From the NCBI GenBank assembly GCA_001029635.1, contig CP011209.1:286866-350865 (forward strand): a stretch of DNA of 64,000 bases, in the 5' to 3' direction. The notes under the pieces are model-generated. The model did not search any database. It saw only the letters and a list, made by a program, of their open reading frames with translations, and was not told the DNA's origin. The stretch comes from Candidatus Wolfebacteria bacterium GW2011_GWB1_47_1. GTDB taxonomy: Bacteria > Patescibacteriota > Minisyncoccia > UBA6257 > UBA9933. Position 1 is the stretch's first letter; every line of letters starts with the position of its first letter. The position numbers and the translations under genes are program-made. Below are positions 1 to 9,811 of the stretch, one piece after another.

Positions 1-1
1 G

Positions 2-1078
2 GCTGTTGTTTGGGAAACTGATTTTGAAGATGTGGCTGACTGGTCTGCACCTAGGATATCAAATGGTTTTCCTAATACTTGGACGGGCAATCCATCAAGA
101 ACCCTAGATCCCCCCAAAAAGATGAATGGGCAGTGGTTGCACCCCAGTTCATGGGTCAGAACTTCGCCTTCAACTCTTGCAGTTTCTCAAGGCCCAATGG
201 CTACTATTGGAGCGGGACAAGGTAGAGAAAGCTCAAGAGGTTTGACTTACAATTTTGAATCAGGCAAGGGTAATCCTACATATAGTACCGGGTGGGCTGG
301 AGGCAGTCCTCTTACGATGTACTTCGGCGAAGCGGGATATCCTGAGCTTTGGGTGGAGATGTGGGTGAAATATCCAAGTGATATGGATTGGTGGGATGGG
401 TCTGATATTAATTATTCCGGTATAACGAAGGCTTTTTATATTGCCAGGTTTAATGGCGAGTTGACCGTTTCAACATCCTTGGCGGATGATCATTCGGTTG
501 AGACTAGGCCTACACACCCTGCGTGGCTGCCACATATGGGAAGCTTTTATTCTAGCAGGCCTTATTTTATGCAGTATTACAACCGTTCGCAAACTTCAAA
601 TGGAACTCCTGAAGTTTATGATGAAACCGTGGATGCTTGGTACAATAATAGCAGTTATTATCCTTATCAGAATATTCTCTTAAATAATCGTTATACGTAC
701 GCACTACCCTCCAGTAATCCTACCGTTGATACTATCAGAATGGATGGACAATGGCATAAATATACCTATCATGTAAAAATGAATTCCGCACCAGGCGTAG
801 CAGATGGAATTCAAGAGGTTAGTTTGGATGACGTGCGCATGTTTCGCAAGACAAACATGGCATTCATCTTGGATGGTGGTAGTGTTGAAAATGGTTGGAA
901 CTATATTGAATTAATGGACAATCATCATGTAGCTTCGCATATGTACACTGAAAATGTCAGTTACCCCGTGCAAATCGATGATGTGGTGATAAGCACAAAT
1001 TACATCGGTCCAGATTATATAGTGGGCGGGGTTGATATGATTGCTCCTGCCGCACCAACTGGATTAGGGGTGGAATAA
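2..1078 (+). CDS. Secreted beta-jelly-roll family protein carrying the C-terminal APAAPTGLGVE tag (5' partial; the gene starts upstream of the window)
   Basis: Frame is open from nt 2 (AVVWETDFEDVADWS...) and is near-identical to the start of paralog 8653..9768. Ends ...GGVDMIAPAAPTGLGVE*. The last 38 nt lie in a 167-bp block identical to 9741..9897. Confidence 0.7.
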   Translation, partial: AVVWETDFEDVADWSAPRISNGFPNTWTGNPSRTLDPPKKMNGQWLHPSSWVRTSPSTLAVSQGPMATIGAGQGRESSRGLTYNFESGKGNPTYSTGWAGGSPLTMYFGEAGYPELWVEMWVKYPSDMDWWDGSDINYSGITKAFYIARFNGELTVSTSLADDHSVETRPTHPAWLPHMGSFYSSRPYFMQYYNRSQTSNGTPEVYDETVDAWYNNSSYYPYQNILLNNRYTYALPSSNPTVDTIRMDGQWHKYTYHVKMNSAPGVADGIQEVSLDDVRMFRKTNMAFILDGGSVENGWNYIELMDNHHVASHMYTENVSYPVQIDDVVISTNYIGPDYIVGGVDMIAPAAPTGLGVE

Positions 1079-1207
1079 TTGGATGGGCGTTAAAATAGGT
1101 GTCCAGATAGACGCCTTAATTATGCAAAAACAAATTCTTAAAATCTTTTTCTTTAGCGCGATATTTTTTGCAGTGCCTAATTCTTCCCAGGCCACGATTA
1201 TTTTTGA
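1041..1207 (+). repeat. 167-bp segment 100% identical to 9741-9897 (tag codons, stop, 4-bp spacer, signal-peptide codons of the next gene)
   Basis: Direct comparison shows identity at an offset of 8700 nt. Divergence resumes at 1208 / 9898. Confidence 0.85.
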
Positions 1208-1842
1208 GGATGATTTTGATGCGCAAGCGGATTGGCAACCAACTTGTTTGGTTTGCGGTAAAAATGAGGATGGATATAATGGCGGAGGCGACTTGTCGGG
1301 GACACCTATTAATTGGAGTTATTGGAGAAATGATGAATATTGGAATCCTGCGACTGGAGATCCGACCAAACAGCCGACTTTGAAAATCTCAACCGATCAA
1401 TATAGTGGTCAAGGTGGAAAATCTTTGCAAGTTTGGAATGAATCCAACAATGGACATAGTGGCGACGGTTGGGGAGCTGACGGCCAATTGGCTAAATATC
1501 TTGGCGGTGAATTTGATGATATTTTTCTGCAAATGAAAATAAAAATGTCGCCAACTTTTCAATTTAAACGGAATCATTAAATTTTGGCAAAATGGCAACC
1601 TTCTGTATGAGAGAAATGATATCGAGTGGGTTGGCGCTCAGGGTCAGGTTGGCGTGGGTTGGAATATGGTTTCATTGGGTGGTAATGCTTTCAATCTTTT
1701 TTCTGATACGGCAAATAAAGCTGAGCAATGGTATGCACTGGATGACGTGGTAGTGAGCACGGAATATCTGGGACCTGGTTATGTTATTGGAAGTTTGGAT
1801 GCAACAGCTCCTGCCTCGCCAACAGGACTGAGTGTGGAATAA
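1083..1842 (+). pseudogene. Short frameshifted member of the secreted tag family
   Basis: Frame 0 encodes a signal peptide plus ATIIFEDDFDAQADW (1083..1580). Frame +1 continues ...NGIIKFWQNGNLLYERNDIEWVGAQ... and ends ATAPASPTGLSVE* (..1842). A single-base indel near 1560-1575 is inferred. The probable true ATG is 1122. Confidence 0.55.
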
Positions 1843-1908
1843 AAAAGTTCATAAGGTTTATAAAGTTTATGAAGTTCGTAAGGCAGAATACAAAATACGA
1901 TATACGAA

Positions 1909-3012
1909 ATGCTAACAAAAATGCAAAAACAAATTTTCAAAATCTTTTTCTTTCTTGCAGTATTTTTTATGCTGCCTAATTTTTCCCAGGCCGCAATTAT
2001 TTTTGAGGATAATTTTGATTCTCGAGACGATTGGAGCGTGCCCTATAATGATCTGGATCAGACTTGCAATAGGGAGGTGGGATGTACCGATGTTCCTGAC
2101 GGGTATTATGGTTATTATATTTCGCATTCAGTGATAACTCCCGCGACAGGAAACGGTTTGCATCTTGATAATATCAATAAAAGAGGTAATTCCGGCAAGG
2201 GTGTTACTTTTTGGGATCAAACTGATGGAACTGGCAATTGGGCGTCTGGAATGCAAATAGGTCTGGATTTTCCGCCACAAAATGAAATATACGTTCAGTA
2301 TTGGATCAAGATGCAACCGAATTATTCATATTACAAAGGAACCTATGCATCAATGCTGCGTAAAATGAATCACATTAGTCATTATTTATATAATGGTAAG
2401 CCGTTCACATTTTTCAGCGACGGAGGTTTTTTCCCAACAACCGTAAATCAAATCAGGTTTGCCAATGCAGGCAATGCGAATATTCAGAATTTCTTTTTTA
2501 TCCGGCCTGACCCGAGTTATAGCGGAACGCAGCCAGTTCCAATTATAACCAGAGGGATAAAGGACAGCACCAATACTGGGATATATAATTATTTTGATCT
2601 GCCTTCGGATGGACTGCCGATAGGAAATTGGGAGGGAACCGGCACCGAATATAATTCCCTGGGTATGTTTGCTGACGGGCAATGGCATTTGCTGGGATAT
2701 TATTTGAAAAACAACAGTGCGCCAGGAGTAGCTGATGGAACATATAAATTCTGGTATGACGGTAATATTCAGATTGATGCGACTGGCTTCATGTTTAGAG
2801 AAGCGTCTTCGACCTTGCCGGATGATATTTGGAACTTCTTGCACATCGGCGGGAATGCAATCAATCCATTTTTGGGAGCAGGAATTTCAGGTGAGCAGTG
2901 GTATGCAGTTGATGACGTGGCAGTGAGCACGGAATATTTAGGACCCGATTATATTATTGGAAGTTTGGATGCAACAGCTCCGGCCTCGCCAAGTGGATTG
3001 AGTGTGGAATGA
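1909..3012 (+). CDS. Secreted tag-family protein (jelly-roll/lectin-like core)
   Basis: Signal peptide MQKQIFKIFFFLAVFFMLPNFSQA, then AIIFEDNFD. Conserved WH..Y..KNNSAPGVADG and C-terminal tag ATAPASPSGLSVE*. Confidence 0.75.
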   Translation: MLTKMQKQIFKIFFFLAVFFMLPNFSQAAIIFEDNFDSRDDWSVPYNDLDQTCNREVGCTDVPDGYYGYYISHSVITPATGNGLHLDNINKRGNSGKGVTFWDQTDGTGNWASGMQIGLDFPPQNEIYVQYWIKMQPNYSYYKGTYASMLRKMNHISHYLYNGKPFTFFSDGGFFPTTVNQIRFANAGNANIQNFFFIRPDPSYSGTQPVPIITRGIKDSTNTGIYNYFDLPSDGLPIGNWEGTGTEYNSLGMFADGQWHLLGYYLKNNSAPGVADGTYKFWYDGNIQIDATGFMFREASSTLPDDIWNFLHIGGNAINPFLGAGISGEQWYAVDDVAVSTEYLGPDYIIGSLDATAPASPSGLSVE

Positions 3013-3064
3013 CTCAAGTATAAAGTATTTGGTATTATGTATGATGTATAAATACAAAAGATGT
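3013..3064 (+). repeat. Conserved 3'UTR element of the tag family (copy after gene 3)
   Basis: ctcaagtataaagtatttggtattatgtatgatgtataaatacaaaagatgt. Near-identical copies at 5213-5264 and 10853-10906, and a divergent one at 12063-12118. Confidence 0.7.
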
Positions 3065-3261
3065 AGAATATATAAAAGTTTATAAGGTAGGATGCAAAAT
3101 ACAAAGATACAAGATACGGAATACTTGATAATAAATACCGGGTTCAAAATATCACTAAAAAGTGGTATAATTGAACATATAGAAATTGATTTGTTACTTA
3201 ACATGTTACGTAACTCGTCTTAACTAAAGTCGTGCCAAGGCAGGCATGCTACGTAACAAAA

Positions 3262-5181
3262 ATGCAAAAACAAATACTAAAATTATTATTCCTGTCGGTA
3301 TTTTTTTTAATGCCACTTTTTGTCAGTGCTGATGTCAACACGATTATTCCTGATCCTGCCAATGTGACTGCATGCGGCACGCTTAATCAAGCCGGCGCAA
3401 CTTATGTTTTGCAGAATGATGTCAGTTCCGAAGGGAGCTGCTTTGCGATTGTGGCCAGTGGAATAACTCTGGATCTGAACGGTCATACTGTGACTTATGA
3501 CAATGGAACGCCGATAAATATTATGAATGGAAGCTTTGAGGATGAATTGGCTGGGTCTTGGGACACGGTTAATGCGCAAAATTTCTTGAGGTCTGCTGGA
3601 ACATATGTCAGTCCGGTTTCTGTGTATGCTGGATCGTACGCGCTAAAAGCTATTACTCCGACTCCGGATCAAGTCGTTACTTCACTTGGCACGGTGACGC
3701 TGGCTCCAAATACGCGCTATAGTCTGTCGGGAATGGTCTACAATCGGGTCAGTGACAACATCTTAATGTCAATTGAATTTACCGACACCATGAAAGCTAT
3801 CCAGACTGGAATCACGGATAGGGGATTTCAATATATAACATATGAATTCGTAACTGGAGACAGTGAAGAGACATACAATATTGCATTAAAAGTGACGGGC
3901 GCCGCCGCGGTCGGCACGGGCGCGGTTTATTTTGATGATATCAAGATTCAGCGCAATCGATTGGCAGGAGTTATGGTTGGTCCTGTGGAATGGCGAGTTG
4001 CATGGCAATCGCGCGGGTTTGATATAAAGAATTATGGAGGCGCTAATAATACCACAGTTAAGGACGGCAGCATAATACAAGGCAGTGGAAAAAGTGACTG
4101 GTCACACGCCTTAGCGAGCGAAAGCAACAGCGTTTCCGGTCACACATTCAGCGGACTGAATATCACAACAAACGGCGCAAATTCCTCAGCTATTTTGATG
4201 GATAGTTTGCAGAATGGAGAAATAAAATACAATACTTTGGCTGCTAATATGCCTGCGATTAAGTCAAGAGATCAACTGGATGGAGCTGTTTTGAGAGCGG
4301 ATGGATATAATAGTTTTATACACGATAATGTCATCACAAATGGTGTTCAAGGTGGCATTTTGGCTGGCACTGCGGTCGGTCAACTTCCGCAAGAAATTTA
4401 TAACAACAACATCACTCTGCAAGGAAGATATACTAATGGTTTTGCGATTTCTGGGAATAAAAGCATTATAAGAAATAATACTATTAATTGCGGAAGCGGT
4501 AATAATTCTTGTCGAGGCATCTTTATCGGGTCTGAATCCGAAGTATTCGATAATATTGTAGAAGTTCAAGATATACCCCGCAATCAGGAATACAATGGTT
4601 GTCAGGGGTATGGAACATATGGCATTCAGATGGAGTCTGCTGAAAACAGCGATGTTTATGGAAATGTCGTTACGGCAAATTCGCCAAATGAATGCCCTGC
4701 CACTGCTTTTCGCGCCAACCCGCAAGACGGATCAATAGCTTCTATCAATAATTTGATTCATCACAATACTTTCATTGCCTATGCTTCGGGTAGTGCCAGG
4801 GCAACGTCCCTTAAGTTATCAGGTTGTGATAACTCGATGATTTCAATTTATAGCAACACCTTCAGAACAAACAGGCGATGGATTTATGCTGAATTTGATG
4901 GCATGGTCGATGGATTGCGCTTGGTTAACAACAGATGGGAGACTTTCGGATCAATTGATGAGCCTTTTTACCCGTTTGAAAATTTTGTGTGGGATGGAAG
5001 TTTCGTTAAGGATATGGTGTTTGAAAATAATGTTTATGGGGCGGGAGATAAAGAAAGATTTGAATCTGAATTTTTTAGAAAAACTACTGTTTGGCCGGAA
5101 ATAGAAACCCTTTCGAATTTCTCTGTCATATTTTCAGATGTGACAGCGCCAGCCTCGCCAACAGGTCTCGGCGTAATGTAA
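3262..5181 (+). CDS. Secreted tag-family protein with a CBM4/9-like module and parallel beta-helix repeats
   Basis: ORF track 3232..5181; the family signal peptide MQKQILKLLFL begins at 3262. NGSFEDELAGSWD is CBM-like. Repeated N.IT.N.I beta-helix motifs. Tail DVTAPASPTGLGVM*. Confidence 0.7.
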   Translation: MQKQILKLLFLSVFFLMPLFVSADVNTIIPDPANVTACGTLNQAGATYVLQNDVSSEGSCFAIVASGITLDLNGHTVTYDNGTPINIMNGSFEDELAGSWDTVNAQNFLRSAGTYVSPVSVYAGSYALKAITPTPDQVVTSLGTVTLAPNTRYSLSGMVYNRVSDNILMSIEFTDTMKAIQTGITDRGFQYITYEFVTGDSEETYNIALKVTGAAAVGTGAVYFDDIKIQRNRLAGVMVGPVEWRVAWQSRGFDIKNYGGANNTTVKDGSIIQGSGKSDWSHALASESNSVSGHTFSGLNITTNGANSSAILMDSLQNGEIKYNTLAANMPAIKSRDQLDGAVLRADGYNSFIHDNVITNGVQGGILAGTAVGQLPQEIYNNNITLQGRYTNGFAISGNKSIIRNNTINCGSGNNSCRGIFIGSESEVFDNIVEVQDIPRNQEYNGCQGYGTYGIQMESAENSDVYGNVVTANSPNECPATAFRANPQDGSIASINNLIHHNTFIAYASGSARATSLKLSGCDNSMISIYSNTFRTNRRWIYAEFDGMVDGLRLVNNRWETFGSIDEPFYPFENFVWDGSFVKDMVFENNVYGAGDKERFESEFFRKTTVWPEIETLSNFSVIFSDVTAPASPTGLGVM

Positions 5182-5212
5182 ATGAAGACGGAGCGGGCTG
5201 AGTGTGGAATGA

Positions 5213-5264
5213 CTCAAGTATAAAGTATTTAGTATTGTGTATAATGTATAAGTACAAAAGATGT
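5213..5264 (+). repeat. Conserved 3'UTR element (copy after gene 4), preceded by a vestigial second tag
   Basis: 5195-5212 gggctgagtgtggaatga (GLSVE*) is identical to the end of gene 3, out of frame and 13 nt after the real stop. Confidence 0.7.
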
Positions 5265-5331
5265 AAAATGCAATAAAAGCTTAAGAAGCTTAATACAAGA
5301 TACTAAATACAAGATACGAAATACTAACAAA

Positions 5332-6885
5332 ATGCAAAAACAAATTCTAAAATTTTTCTTCCTACTTGCAATATTTTTCTTGCTACCAAATTTTGCAAGT
5401 GCAGCTGATTTTCATATTGGGACAGGGCAACCATACGCAACTATTGGTTCCTTCGCGTGGTCTTCATTGGTCGCAGGAGATACAGTTTATATCCATGCCA
5501 GGGATAATCAGGAACCATATTACGAACATTTATATGTAAGTGCGGCATTGCAAGGAACCGAGCAGAATCCAATCAATATAATTGGTGTCAATGATGGATC
5601 AGGAAATCAGCCAATTCTCGATGGTAGAAATTCCACAACAGGTCCCAATTTTGATGCTTATGGTGATTCACAATACCATTCTCGGTTGGGTATTGTTTTT
5701 TTTGGTCCCAGTGAAACAGCAGGGTATGGTTCAGCGCCGCAATGGATAACGTTATCAAATATTAAAATTCAAAATTATAGAAATGTTTCTACTACTGATG
5801 AGATTGGGGTGACGACAAATGATGTTAGCGGCAGTTGTGTTTATTTGCAAGGAGGACAACAAATAACATTGGACAAATTAACGATCACGGGATGCGCCGA
5901 TGGTATTTTTGGCAAAGATAACGATTTTCCTGTTAGGTATATAACACTACAAAATTCATCTATTTATGATAATGGTGTTGTTGATGATTATCTTTATCAT
6001 AATATTTATACCGAAGTTAAATATCTGACAATGCAGTATAATCATTTTGGACCTACTGTTAATGGTTCTCCTGGAAACAACATTAAGGATAGAAGTGTGG
6101 GTTTCGTATTTCGTTATAATTGGGTTGACGGTGGAGCGCACCTTTTGGATATTGTGGAATGTCAAGATAACTGCGCAAATCATACTTCTGATCCTGCCTG
6201 GGATGACGTTTTTGTCTACGGTAACATCTTTTATGCTGGTCCTGGCTCTGCCTCTCAACTTTTTCATCTCGGAACAGGTGATACTGGAGCCTTAGCATCT
6301 TCTTGGCGCAAAAATTTATATTTTTATAATAATACTATTGATTATGAGAGAAATCAGAGCGACGTGTATTATATGAACATATTCCAACTTAGTGGAGATC
6401 AGCAAACTGTTTATTTTGACAATAATATATTTTTTGCGCAGCCGGAAACGGTTGGCCAGGCGCACTCTGACGTGTATTTGCAATACGATGGTTCAGCTGC
6501 TCCGTCTGCATATGGCAATATGATTATTGGAAAAAACTGGATTTCTCCTGATTGGAGTGTGACCAAGCCAGGTGTCACGCCAACTGGTATTATTTCTGGA
6601 GCGTTAAATATAATTTCACCGGCTGGAAATGATCCGTATTTTATTGATTCCGCTACGGGTGATTATCACCTCATGTCATCCTCTGGTGCAATTGGTGTTG
6701 CAAGTTCTTTACCAGCCTTGATTAGTTCAGGAAATGCGCTTGGGTATGATTTTACACCAGTAAAACAATACATAAACCATCAATTATTTGAAAATAGACT
6801 AAACATTTCAGATCTGGGCGCTTATCAATATGCTATTGATGATATTGTTGCCCCTGCCGCGCCAATGGGATTGGGTGTGATATAG
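5332..6885 (+). CDS. Secreted tag-family protein with a right-handed beta-helix (pectate-lyase-like fold)
   Basis: Signal peptide MQKQILKFFFLLAIFFLLPNFASA. NIKIQNY, TITGCADGIF and LQNSSIYDNG beta-helix repeats. Tail DDIVAPAAPMGLGVI*. Confidence 0.7.
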   Translation: MQKQILKFFFLLAIFFLLPNFASAADFHIGTGQPYATIGSFAWSSLVAGDTVYIHARDNQEPYYEHLYVSAALQGTEQNPINIIGVNDGSGNQPILDGRNSTTGPNFDAYGDSQYHSRLGIVFFGPSETAGYGSAPQWITLSNIKIQNYRNVSTTDEIGVTTNDVSGSCVYLQGGQQITLDKLTITGCADGIFGKDNDFPVRYITLQNSSIYDNGVVDDYLYHNIYTEVKYLTMQYNHFGPTVNGSPGNNIKDRSVGFVFRYNWVDGGAHLLDIVECQDNCANHTSDPAWDDVFVYGNIFYAGPGSASQLFHLGTGDTGALASSWRKNLYFYNNTIDYERNQSDVYYMNIFQLSGDQQTVYFDNNIFFAQPETVGQAHSDVYLQYDGSAAPSAYGNMIIGKNWISPDWSVTKPGVTPTGIISGALNIISPAGNDPYFIDSATGDYHLMSSSGAIGVASSLPALISSGNALGYDFTPVKQYINHQLFENRLNISDLGAYQYAIDDIVAPAAPMGLGVI

Positions 6886-6926
6886 GTAGGTGAGTATTTA
6901 AATAAGTATTTAGATTTATTATTGAG

Positions 6927-8648
6927 ATGCAAAATAAAAACTTAAAATTATATCTTTTCCTTGCGATATTCTTCTTGTTGCCTAATTTTGCGAATGCATT
7001 TGGTAATCCGGTGAGTTTTTATAATATCCAACCGTATACAAAAGGCACAAGTTCGAATTTCCCATTGTATCCAAAATCAACAGCACTGGAGCCGCAAAAG
7101 GGTCAATGTGTTTATGATGAAAATTATGGCAGTGAAGTTTGCAAAGTTGCTGATACCTCTGAATTTACAGTTGGGCAAATAGGGGATGCGGTCAGGCCTC
7201 CCTATAGTCGCTGGAGAATAGATAGTAGCGATGGAAGCAAATATTTCTTGCTTAAGGATGGTGAAACTCCCGCCGGCAGTGGAAAAGGTCAGACGGTTAT
7301 TTTTAATTCTGCGGATGATTCGATTCATAAGATAATAACTGAAATAAATAGTGGTGAGCCGCGCGAACTTCGTTGGGACTATTCAGGCACCAAGCAGAAT
7401 TCTATGTATTATGTTTCTGGATGCACCTTTTATGAATATGATATTGTTTCAGGTTTAAGTACTATTGTGCACAATTTTGGAAATGATTTTGCAAATTGTG
7501 GGAGAATTTTAAACGACGTGGAAGGCGATTCGTCCAGTGATTCCCGCTATTGGGCGTTTATGATTCAGAATCCTTATGATGGCAGTAAATATCCTATGCG
7601 TGCGATTGTTACTTATGACAAGCAAACCGATTCTATTTTAGGAACTTTGGATTATGCAGCCTATGCCGCAGCTGGGGGCACTTCAGAAAGTATGCCCACC
7701 CCTAATATGGTGGATATTTCACCGTTAGGAAATAAGGTTGTTTTGTTGAATGGGCGCTCATGGGGAGCGGTTGTGACAATTACTGGACCTTGGACAGATG
7801 AAGGTGTTGGAGTTTGGAGTTCTCCATATCAGTCCCTTACTAACGGAAATAATGCTTTTAATTGGGTTAAGGTCGATGGCGTTATATTGACTAGTAAAAC
7901 TCCTATAGATGGTGATAGACAATGGACGCGCGTAAGTGCTGAGAATAAATTGTATGTGAGATTGACTGGCGGAGAGAGTCCTGCTTCGCATAGCATCACA
8001 CTGGAATATGGGAAACGTCCTAATGATTTGAATTCAATTTTTGATGGTCCTCATGCTTTTGCTTTTGATTTTTCTAGTCCGGTGAAAGTTTGCAACGACG
8101 AAACTCACGGTGGATGGGCTTTTGATTTGAATGGTAATGAAGTGTATGTCTGTCAAGTCAATAATGGAAATTGGGCAAACGCTGATGGAGACACTATTGC
8201 TTATACTGATATTTTAACTGGGCAAACGAATACTATCATGTATCATAGCGACATTGGATGGGACGTAGGAGGATGGCACTTTGGTAGATTTTACAATAGT
8301 AACATACGTGGTTGGGTGTATATGACAAGTTATAGCAACAGTGATACAAGTTTAAGTTGGATGCGCAATCAGGCGTTTATGCTGGAGCTAAAACCATTCG
8401 CAGAACACCCCAGAGTTTGGCGCATTGCAGATACGCACAATAATTATCCTGGAGCTGCTGCTTATAAGCGTGAAGCATTTTCGCCGATAACACGTGATGG
8501 TTTGAAGATTTATTGGGGCTCGGATTGGCCTGGAGGTAATGGAACAGTGGATACATATTCAGTGCGTCTTCCTGATAATTGGTGGAATGTTCTTAATGGA
8601 AATGATGAAATTGCACCCGCTGCGCCAAGTGGTTTAGCAGTTCAATAA
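6927..8648 (+). CDS. Secreted tag-family protein with a large unknown core
   Basis: Signal peptide MQNKNLKLYLFLAIFFLLPNFANA. Tail DEIAPAAPSGLAVQ*. Confidence 0.65.
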   Translation: MQNKNLKLYLFLAIFFLLPNFANAFGNPVSFYNIQPYTKGTSSNFPLYPKSTALEPQKGQCVYDENYGSEVCKVADTSEFTVGQIGDAVRPPYSRWRIDSSDGSKYFLLKDGETPAGSGKGQTVIFNSADDSIHKIITEINSGEPRELRWDYSGTKQNSMYYVSGCTFYEYDIVSGLSTIVHNFGNDFANCGRILNDVEGDSSSDSRYWAFMIQNPYDGSKYPMRAIVTYDKQTDSILGTLDYAAYAAAGGTSESMPTPNMVDISPLGNKVVLLNGRSWGAVVTITGPWTDEGVGVWSSPYQSLTNGNNAFNWVKVDGVILTSKTPIDGDRQWTRVSAENKLYVRLTGGESPASHSITLEYGKRPNDLNSIFDGPHAFAFDFSSPVKVCNDETHGGWAFDLNGNEVYVCQVNNGNWANADGDTIAYTDILTGQTNTIMYHSDIGWDVGGWHFGRFYNSNIRGWVYMTSYSNSDTSLSWMRNQAFMLELKPFAEHPRVWRIADTHNNYPGAAAYKREAFSPITRDGLKIYWGSDWPGGNGTVDTYSVRLPDNWWNVLNGNDEIAPAAPSGLAVQ

Positions 8649-8652
8649 AATT

Positions 8653-9768
8653 ATGAAATATAAATACTGCAAAACTTTTTTCTTGGCGGCAATATTTTTC
8701 ATGCTGCCTAATTTTGCAAATGCGGCTGTTGTTTGGGAAACTGATTTTGAAGATGCGGCTGACTGGTCTGCGGTGAGACCGTCTCCTTCGGGAATATCCT
8801 TTCCGAATTCTTGGACGCTAAAGCCGGGAGGGCCAAGCGTGGAACCTCCCAAGAAAAATGACGGTTCCTGGCTTCATCCCAATAGTTGGAGCAGAATTGC
8901 GCCTTCGGTCCTTACGAATAACATTACCCCTATGGCAACTATTGGATCCGGACAGGGCAAAGACAATTCCAGGGGCATGACATACAACGTGGAAGTTTCC
9001 GGTGTTTCTGGTACTTGGAGTGGCGGAAGCCCGCTCACGATGTATTTGGGAGCTGATGGATATCCTGAGCTGTATGTTTCCATGTGGGTAAAATATGATT
9101 CAGAGTTCACTTGGCTACCTGCTAGCCCAGCTAGCGGTTCCCAGCAAAAATTAGTTTATATTTCCAGGCTTAATGTGCCGATAAGCGCTACTGCCGATGC
9201 TGATAACCATTCCAACGGACCGCTACATCCGTCCTGGCTTCCGCATTGGTATAATTATATTTCAGTTTCTCCGTACTATGCCTTTTATATGAACAGGTCA
9301 CAGCAATCCAATGGTTCCTTAGTGTCATATGATCAAACCAAGGACATGTGGTCAATACATCCTTCCTATTACCCGCTCAATGCTCCATTTAAATGGCCGG
9401 AATCCAACCCTCATATTGTGAGTGTGCAATCCGACGGGTGGTGGCACCATTACGAATATCACATTAAAATGAATTCCGCTCCCGGCGTAGCTGATGGCGT
9501 GCAGGAAGTTTGGTTGGATGGCATCAAGAGGTTTTCCAAAAGTGACATGCCTTTTGTACTGGATGGAGGAAGCACTGCAACCGGATGGAACTATGTGGAA
9601 CTTTTTGATAATACCAATATTCTTTCCCATCCTGCATCTGAAAATGTGACGTATCCTATATATATCGATGATGTAGCGATCGGCACCACGTATGCCGGTC
9701 AAAACTATGTTATTGGAGGTATTGATGTGATTGCTCCTGCCGCACCAACTGGATTAGGGGTGGAATAA
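8653..9768 (+). CDS. Secreted tag-family protein (jelly-roll), full-length paralog of the partial gene at the window start
   Basis: Signal peptide MKYKYCKTFFLAAIFFMLPNFANA plus AVVWETDFEDAADW. Tail IDVIAPAAPTGLGVE*. Sits 4 bp after the previous gene. Confidence 0.75.
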   Translation: MKYKYCKTFFLAAIFFMLPNFANAAVVWETDFEDAADWSAVRPSPSGISFPNSWTLKPGGPSVEPPKKNDGSWLHPNSWSRIAPSVLTNNITPMATIGSGQGKDNSRGMTYNVEVSGVSGTWSGGSPLTMYLGADGYPELYVSMWVKYDSEFTWLPASPASGSQQKLVYISRLNVPISATADADNHSNGPLHPSWLPHWYNYISVSPYYAFYMNRSQQSNGSLVSYDQTKDMWSIHPSYYPLNAPFKWPESNPHIVSVQSDGWWHHYEYHIKMNSAPGVADGVQEVWLDGIKRFSKSDMPFVLDGGSTATGWNYVELFDNTNILSHPASENVTYPIYIDDVAIGTTYAGQNYVIGGIDVIAPAAPTGLGVE

Positions 9769-9811
9769 TTGGATGGGCGTTAAAATAGGTGTCCAGATAG
9801 ACGCCTTAATT

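Noticed and set aside
1168-1383. Alternative-frame ORFs MQCLILPRPRLF... (1168..1383 and 9858..10196) that appear conserved
   Set aside because: Their conservation follows from the 100% DNA identity of the duplicated leader region. They overlap the genuine signal-peptide frame.
2386-4725. Numerous 60-150-aa antisense ORFs inside the large family genes and housekeeping genes
   Set aside because: These are shadow ORFs with no homology and no start context, fully embedded in well-supported genes.
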